A stretch of DNA of 64,000 bases from Flaccisagitta enflata (lineage: Eukaryota), in NCBI GenBank assembly GCA_965153355.1, contig OZ231126.1:48980001-49044000 (forward strand), in the 5' to 3' direction. A program made the position numbers and the translations under genes. Positions 55,789-64,000 of this stretch are shown here, piece by piece. A model generated the notes under the pieces. It had not been told where the DNA came from. It did not search any database and saw nothing but the letters and a program-made list of their open reading frames with translations. Numbering within the stretch: the stretch's first letter is position 1; each line of letters opens with the position of its first letter.

Positions 55789-57746
55789 TGTCTAAGACCA
55801 ATTCCAGTCGCTTCTCCCGGTTGTGTTTTTCCCTCGATGATTGTCTTTGATTATGGAGTTAAGTCCTCCCAAGCCTTCTAATGGGAAGTTGGGGCTCGGA
55901 AGTTTGGGCTGACATTGATTTGACTTCAGGACGTAAACAGCCTAGAACAGCATAGAATAGTGGACAAATGTGCTTTATTTGCTGCTTTTAGTCCAAGAAA
56001 ATACTTTTTATGAATCTTGATTCGACTTTTGGTTCTCCGTAGATTAAAGAAGGAAAGAATGAAGATTTTTTTTTTTATGAATTGTGAAAAACTTGAGAAA
56101 GTTGCGCCATTTCTAAGTTAGGAGATCTCGAGTGAAATTTGCACAAAAAATATTTTCAATGAATTCGAATCTAATGGGTCCATGTTAAAAAAACTGGCAT
56201 TAGTACTCGGATTGTTGAGTATTTGAAGAAAATTCACGTCGATAATGAAAAAAGTCTTGGATTGCTCAAAATCCTGAATTGATAGGGTTTCTATCTGAAT
56301 AGTAAATTGATCTTGTATGAGCATGTCATTTAGTTCAACTATGCATGAGTGAAATGCATGAGTGAATTTTTTAAATCAACAACGTGAAGAGGTGAATTTA
56401 ATGACTCAAAGGATTAAAATTTTAACGCAAATTTAGGAGGTATTTATCTAAATAATGATTTGATCTTTAATAAGCATGTCACATAGTTCAACTAGTGCTT
56501 GTTCGCAATAGTTTTAAATAACATAGAATAGGTAATTGAAAAAAAAGCTGAACTATGTAATTCGATTTTTTGAAACATGGGCTAATAAAGTTTTTTTTTT
56601 TTTTTTTTTTTATTTAGAGCAATTTTTTTCTTTCAAATGGTGCAAACCAGAGTTTTTTACAATCATTAGTTTTAAAGTTAAGATCTTATGTTTATTTGCG
56701 TTTTTATATTTTCCTCAAGAATGAGATATCAAGTTAATCAAGTCCATTAATGTTCTTATCTTAGAGTCTGATGCATTTTTTTCATTGTGACCTCTTTATT
56801 TTTTACGTTTATGTGATAACTGGGGTCTTGGTGAGCTGAAACAGCTCCCGCTCAGTTATCTCTTTTACTTTATTTTCTATATTTTTTGATTTTTCATATT
56901 GTTTGTATCTAAAATGTGCATATTCTTTCATGTTCGCATGTTCGCAGCATGTTCGCAAGAAACTTGAGCACTGAGTTTTGAAATTTTTTTAATTTCACCT
57001 TTTTTGCCTTTTTGGCAAATATTTCATAGTAAAAAAAGGGAAAACAATGTGAGAATAAAAAAATACTAATTCAGACAAGCATCTTTAAAATAAGCAGGCA
57101 CATTTTTTGACTCACACTAGACAGTACAATTTTTTTCCTTTTTTAGGATTTTCTCATTTTTTTTTATTTTCGCTAATTTTTCCTTTTACGGCAGCATGTA
57201 TGAAGCCCTAAAAATGAGAAAAATCTTACATTGAAAGCCTAATTATTGACATGAGTGGTAAGAGTAAGGAAAAAATACATCATCTATGTCAAAAACAAAT
57301 GTTTTTAAGTGTCCTAGTGACTATAACCAATGGCCTATATCTTGGCGATTTTCGCGATTTTTGCATGATTTTTATGATTTTCGTCTATCCGATAACTCAT
57401 TTTTGATCGAAAATGGATTATTTTTCTAAGAGATGGATACCCAATTTTTTTCTTATCCTTTCAACATTCAATAAACCCCAGATTCCGAGTTTCATAAGGA
57501 ATTTCCAAAAACAACCCTGTATGACCCCCCCTAATCTCCAGTGACCATGGAATATGATGCTTAATTTGACTGATTTTGTGAGAGAGTGGGATGCACTGAG
57601 CCAAAATATTGTATGCGAGGATATTGCTTAAACTCAAAAGTACCTATGGAAGGATGCCGTTAGGGATATCCTGGTCTTTTTTTTTTTTTTGAAACTTGAA
57701 ACGATCAATGCTTAGGAAAACCTATACTTGTGGCTTCTTTCTTAAC

Positions 57747-60398
57747 ATTTTTAGTCGTGTGATACGCGACTCTATGACCCGCTGTGTCGGTCGGTCGGTC
57801 TGTCGGTCCGTCGGTCCGTCGGTCCGCGTTAGCTTTTTTTCGTGTTTACAGGCGGTTTTTGAGTTACTGCTCCTGCCTAATTGCTCAAATAGCCTTTTTT
57901 ATCACTGCCCCTGCCCACCCGCACGCGACTTTGGTAGCCGTGTATACGGCCTTGTTGTATTCTTAAACGAACAAGGCCGGATACCTGGCTACCCTAGTCA
58001 CGTGCGGGTAGGTAGGGGCAGTGATAGAGAAGGTCACTGGGGCATTTGGGCAGGAGCAGTGAGCTCAAAAAGCTAAAAAACGCCGAAAAAGTAAAAATAG
58101 TCGCAAAAGCGTTAGGTGGTCAGCGGTACCCGTGCCCGCTAAGAGGCTGGGGCTTGCTGAGGGGGAGCAGGCAGCGGCTCCCCGAAGGGGCCGATGACGA
58201 TGCTTACACACATGGGAATTTTCTTCCTTTCCTTCTCCTGTACTTCTTCCCCAGCCTTCCAGGCCCAGATCCCAGCCTCGAGGCCCATATCCCAGCCTGG
58301 AGGCCCAAATCCCAGTCTTGAGGATCAAATCCCATCCTCAAGGCCCAAATCTCAACCCCAAGGCACAGATTCCAGTCATGAGGCCCAAATCCCTAGAGAG
58401 TGGGATCTGGGCCTTGGGGTTGAGATTTGGGCCTTGAGGGTGGAATTTGAGCCTCAAGACTGGGATATGGGCCTCCAGGCTGGGATATGGGCCTCCAGGC
58501 TGAGATATGGGCCTGGAGGCTGGGGGAGGGGGGGTACAAAGAAGAAGGAGAAGAAGGAGGAGAAAATTCCCCATATGTGTGAAAGCATGGGTCATCGACC
58601 CGTTTGGGGCCGCTGCCCAAAAGGGGACCGATCAACCAACGGATGGATGGAAGGACGGACAAAGCGGGTTGTAGAGTCGCGTAGCACGCGACTAAAAAGA
58701 GAAAAGCAATAATCGCAAAGCGTTAGGATGGTCAGCGGTACCCGTGCCCTGCTTAAGTAGGCTGTGGCTGAAGGAGGGGGAGCAGGGCAGTGGCCCCGGC
58801 GGGGCCGATGACCTATGCTTCCACATAGGGGAATCTTCTCCTGAAGCCGTCCTTCCGTCCTTCTCCCCCACCTCCCCAGCCTCCCAGGCCCATTTCTCAG
58901 CCTGGAGGCCCATAGTCCAGTTTAAATGGCCCAAATCTTGGTCTTGAGGCCCAACTCCAGAGAGGAATCTACCTTGGGATTACCAGGATTTGGGCCTTGG
59001 GATTACTCAAGAGGATTGAATTTTGGCCTCGAGGCTGGGAAATGGGCCTCCAGGCTGAGAAATGGGCCTGGAGGCTGGGGGGAGGGGGGGTACGGAGAAC
59101 AAGTCATCCAAGGATTGCACATGGTCAGCGGTACCCGTTGCCCTGCTTGGAGTGTTTAGGTGAAGACGTATGATGAGAGCAGGGCAGCGGCCCCAAAGGG
59201 CCGATGTCCTGTAGAACACAGGGGTGAGTTTCCATACATCCTGGGAAGAGTTGAGGGGGTCTGAAAAGATTTGACCATGTCTCAGAGGTTTGATTCCAGC
59301 CAATAAGGGTGAATTCAGCCCAGTGAAGGCTGATTACAACCAGGTGAGGGCTGATTTCAGGTCTGAACAGGTCGCCCAAGGGCAATATGTGGTCAGCGAT
59401 ACCCATTGCCCTGCTTTGCATGATTGTGAAATGGAATGAGAGGAAGCAGAGCAGTGGCCCCAAAGGGGACGAAGTCCTGTAGAACACAGGGGGACTTTCG
59501 TTCGTCATTCCATACGTCCGTCCATGTGTCCATTCCCCTCGGCCCCGGGCCCTCTCACACCTGAAATCGACTTCCAGGCCTGAGCTTGAGCTCTTCAGGC
59601 CTGAAATCTGCCCTCTCAGGGCCTTTATTGAAAGGGCTGATTTCAGGCCCAAGAGGACAAATTTCAGGCCTGAGAGAACAGATTTCCGGCCTAAGAGGGC
59701 AGATTTCAGGCCTGAGAAGGCAGATTCAAGGCCTGAGATGGTAGATTTCAGGTCTGAGAGGGAAATTTCAGGCCCAGAGAACATATTTCAGGGCCTGGAG
59801 AGGGTGAGACTTAGCCTGAGAGGACAAATTTCAGGTGTGAGAGGGCCTGGGGGGGGGACGAACGGACGGACGAACGGACGGAATGACGAACGAAAGTCCC
59901 CCTGTGTTCTACAGGACTTCGTCCCCTTTGGGGCCGCTGCCCAAAAGGCTGATTTCAAGCCTGAGAGAGGCAATTTCAGGTCTAAGATGGCTAATTTCAG
60001 GTCTGATTTTGGTCCAGGAGGGCTGGTTTCATGCCTGGGAACGCTAGTTTCATGCCTGAGTCCCGGGCTGGGAGGCCTGATTATCGCCCTGAGAGGCCCG
60101 ATTATGGGCCTGGCCTGAGAGGGATGATATGGGGCCTGAGAGGGATGATTTTAAGCTCTAGAGACCAGATTTCAGGCCCCGGTAGGCTGGATTAGGGCTT
60201 CAGGCCTCCAAGGGGGGGGGGACGGACGGACAGACGTACGTAAAGGTTCACCCCTGTGTTCTACAGGACATCGGCCCTTTGGGGCCGCTGCCCAAAAAAG
60301 AGGAGGAGGAGTAAAAAAAAAGGTGACTGATCAACCAACGGATGGATGGACGGACGGACAAAGCGGGTTGTAGAGTCGCGTAGCATGCGACTAAAAAG
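57747..60398. mobile_element. nested cluster of HINE-like and minisatellite-bearing elements
   Basis: Repeated family motifs (agtcgcgtagcacgcgactaaaa, gggcagcggccccaaagggg, gtcctgtagaacacagggg); 58623-58709 is duplicated near 60325-60407. Confidence 0.75.
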
Positions 60399-61271
60399 AG
60401 AAAAGCAAAAACTCAAGATATTCCTTCGTGCGACTTGAACCGAAGGAAGGCTCGATGGGCGTGAAACAAGGGGCAGACCACGGAGTCATGAGAGAGAAGG
60501 AAAGGAATTAGGAAGGGAGGTCAGCTTCAGCGCGAGTGAGAGAGAAAAACATGAAACAAATTAAGACAACAACAGGGGAGAAAATAAATTGAGACAACAA
60601 CGGGGGAGAAAACAAAGTGAGACAACAGAGAAGAAAATTGATTGAGACAACAAGGAAGAAAACAGATTGGGACAACAACAGAGAAAATAGAATAAATCAA
60701 CATCAGAGGAGGAAACAAGTTGAATTAACAAGAGGGAAGAAAAACAAGGCCGGATACACGGCCAATACCAGTTGCGAACGGGTAGGCAGGGGCGAAAATG
60801 CGCGTTTTCACACTTTTTGACTCGTTGTCACGGACCGACAGATGGACGGACAGACGGACGGATGGACGGACGGATGGACGGATGGACAGACGGACGGGTG
60901 GATGGAGGGACGGACGGACGGACGGGTGGATGGATGGACGGACGGACGGACAAAGGCTCTTATAGAGTTGCATGTCCGCAACTAAAAATTGAGACAAAAA
61001 CAGGGGAAAAAACAAATTGAAACAACAACAGGGGGAAAACAAATTGAGACAAAATTAGAGGAGAAAACACATCTAAACAATAACAGAGGAGAAAACAAGC
61101 TGAGTCAACAACAGAGGGGAAACCAAATTAGAAAATCAAGGGAGATCACAAATAGGGATAGCTGCTAAAATGGGGGAAGCTTTTCAGATAGGGTCTGGAG
61201 CCGTCACAGTGATATCAGGCATTTTTATTGATTGTTAAGATTTCATATTAAGTTGAAGACAAGGTAATGCA

Positions 61272-61844
61272 CAGTAGATGTCGTCTAGACTTGGAAATAC
61301 GGGGGAATTCATAGTAGGAAGACAAAAAAATCTGTGGGATTGATATTTGGTGTATAAACTGATAAAAAGATGGTTTTTTGATGATGGGTGTTGGTTGCCA
61401 TGGAAACACTTTTCCATGTATTTCCGCCAAAGTATCATTATTTTGGCATTTTTTTGAGGGAACATTGCTAGAAATCAAATTTGCTACAACTTTCCTACAT
61501 TATGTTCTGTAAGAATATTGCTCGCTTGGCGGTTGCTAGGGAGCGTCATACAGGGTTGTCACTATATGTTGTTTCCTAGCAATGACTAAATAAGCAATAT
61601 TCTTACAGTGCATACTATGGGAAACTTGAAGCAAATTTGATTTTAAGCAATGTTCCTTCAAAAAATTTCTCAAAATGTTTATATTTTTGCGGGAATACAT
61701 GGAAATGTGTTTCCATGGCAACCAACGCCCATCGTCAACAAAGCATCTTTTTATTAGTCTATATTCCAAATATCAATTTTTTATGTTTAACTGTCTTCCC
61801 AAAATGAATTCCCCCGCATTTCCAAGTCTAGACGACATCTACTG
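61272..61844. mobile_element. Tc1/mariner-type hairpin MITE carrying X-box motifs
   Basis: CAGTAGATGTCGTCTAGACTTGGAAAT ... ATTTCCAAGTCTAGACGACATCTACTG-TA. Confidence 0.9.
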
Positions 61845-63438
61845 TATATCTGTGTGAGATCTTTGGATCTTTGGAAAGCACTTCAAAATATCTTCCATTT
61901 GAGTTGTATCTGGCATCTGTAGCTCAATTCTTTTATGACTTATAAATTATGTTAGTTTAGTTTATGTTAAAAACCGTTCTTTTCCAAGAACAGCAAAAAG
62001 AGTCACAAATTGTTCACATGCTCTTGAGAGAAACCTAAAAAAAATGATATTAAGTCACGAAAAAATGAACTAGAGCTTGTATTTTATTTTTGCGTTACAC
62101 GTAAGCAAATAAGTCGCGTGCGGGACATAAATAACTTAGGGCAACTTAAATTGACTTTCAATAACTCAAGATGACCTGATATGACCTGAATTAACTCAAG
62201 ATGACCTGAAATGACTTTAAATAACCTAAAAAAGTCATTAACTTAATATGACTTAAAATAACATAGAATGACTTAGAATGACTTGAAATGATTTGTAATG
62301 GCATTTGGGAAGGAGCTGTCAGCTCAAAAAGCTTAAAAACATCAAAAAATTTAAAGGGCACAGACAGACCGACCGACCAACTAACCGACTGACCGACGGG
62401 CCGACCAAACGACAGAACTACGGACCGACAAAGTTGGGTGCAACTTTAAATTGTTTTTTTAACTAATGAAGTAAGTATTGTCACCACAATGAAAGGACAT
62501 GACCAAACAAAAATTTATTACCAGTAATGGCGGCTGTCGCCGTGAGGAAAAAAGTCGTAAGCGTTGGTCACTTTTCACCAAGTTTTTATTCTCAGTCTAT
62601 GCATTTTTTGATTTGTTGCTGATCAAATCAAGAGTAGTATGTATTTGATTGCACTGAAAATCAGAGAAAGATAGGACTGAGCCAAATGAGCTAGATGAGC
62701 TAAAATTGCTCAAACCAGACAACTGCTATGCTCACTGACATGCTTTCTTGTATTTGCATGCTCACATCAAATATTCATTTATTTATCCTTTAAAAAATCA
62801 GAAAAAAAAACTGAGTCAAGTGAGCTAAGTGAGCCAAAATACTTAAAAACACCCTCACAGAAGAGCACTTATGCTCACTGACATCAGTGACGTGTTTTTT
62901 TGGATCTGCTTGCTTAAATATGTATCAAAATATTAATTCATTTATCGCATTTGAAATCAGAAAAAAAAGAGCAAAATGAGCTAAATGAGCTAAATGAGCT
63001 TTAATGCTCCAAAACACCCTCACTGTTGAGTAGCTATGCTCATAAACATGTTTTCTTGTATTTGCATGTCCAACAAACATAGATACATTTTTTTATTGAT
63101 CTTATTTAAAATCAAAATAAATTAAAAAAAATTCAATTCAAATTTTTCATAAATAAATCTTTAAAAAATCATAGCCCAAAAAATATTTGTCGTAGAGCAT
63201 TCTGCTTAACGCCAAATGAAAGAGAATTATCAAATTTACTTACCTTATCAATTTTGTCCGAGGCCGCAATCAGCCGGAAGAGACCCGCAACTTCCTAATA
63301 AGAAAATGAAAACCCCGTTTCTCTCGAATATGTCAAAAAGTCGAAGACTGACTTCGACTTTTTTCCCGACTATGAGGCATCCAGGAACTGCTATCTGTTG
63401 TTTTATTCGGGAAAGCCGAGGCAGAGAACGGGAGGAAA

Positions 63439-63690
<252 letters not shown>

Positions 63691-64000
63691 GTAGGATAAT
63701 GACTTGGGAAGAGTTTTCGATATCTAAGCAAACCAAAGAGCTGTTTAGCGTGTAAAGACTAACTATAACTATCTAAGACGCACAAAGAAATAGTATTGAT
63801 CGAATCGTATTGCACTGAAGCTTTCTTAGCGCTCTCTTTGTACATGACATGTGACAACATTGCTTTATTCAAAAAAAACAAGGTCAACAAATAGTGGATC
63901 AATGGTACGCGGAAGAACCTGATTACGACTACTCAGGAACTGGCAATGTCATGAAAGCAGGTATAATTACTTAATCTGTATTTCCGCTTATCAGCGCCCC

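Overview
Repeat-rich genomic DNA from an invertebrate animal (GT-AG introns; species not identifiable from sequence). The first half holds recognisable genes: an RNF166/RNF114-like exon, CGRRF1-like, PPP1R11 (inhibitor-3), the 5' half of Spire, the 3' half of RIOK1, TIGAR-like, a possible ZSWIM7 5' fragment (all + strand) and GULP1/CED-6 (- strand). A secreted Thr-rich mucin-like exon sits near 50 kb. The rest is non-autonomous DNA transposons (foldbacks, MULE-, Tc1/mariner-, piggyBac- and Transib/Chapaev-like), a DINE-1/HINE-like family, and many mini- and microsatellites, which produce most ORFs in the supplied track. Main signals: (1) two clusters of unrelated same-strand genes only about 110-230 bp apart with unpaired 3' splice acceptors, resembling SL-trans-spliced operons; (2) several genes cut mid-sequence, including an in-phase Spire/RIOK1 junction, which may be misassembly or real rearrangement; (3) a MITE carrying RFX X-boxes and an element with RSS-like CACAGTG ends. 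Protein identities are from recalled motifs, not database searches.
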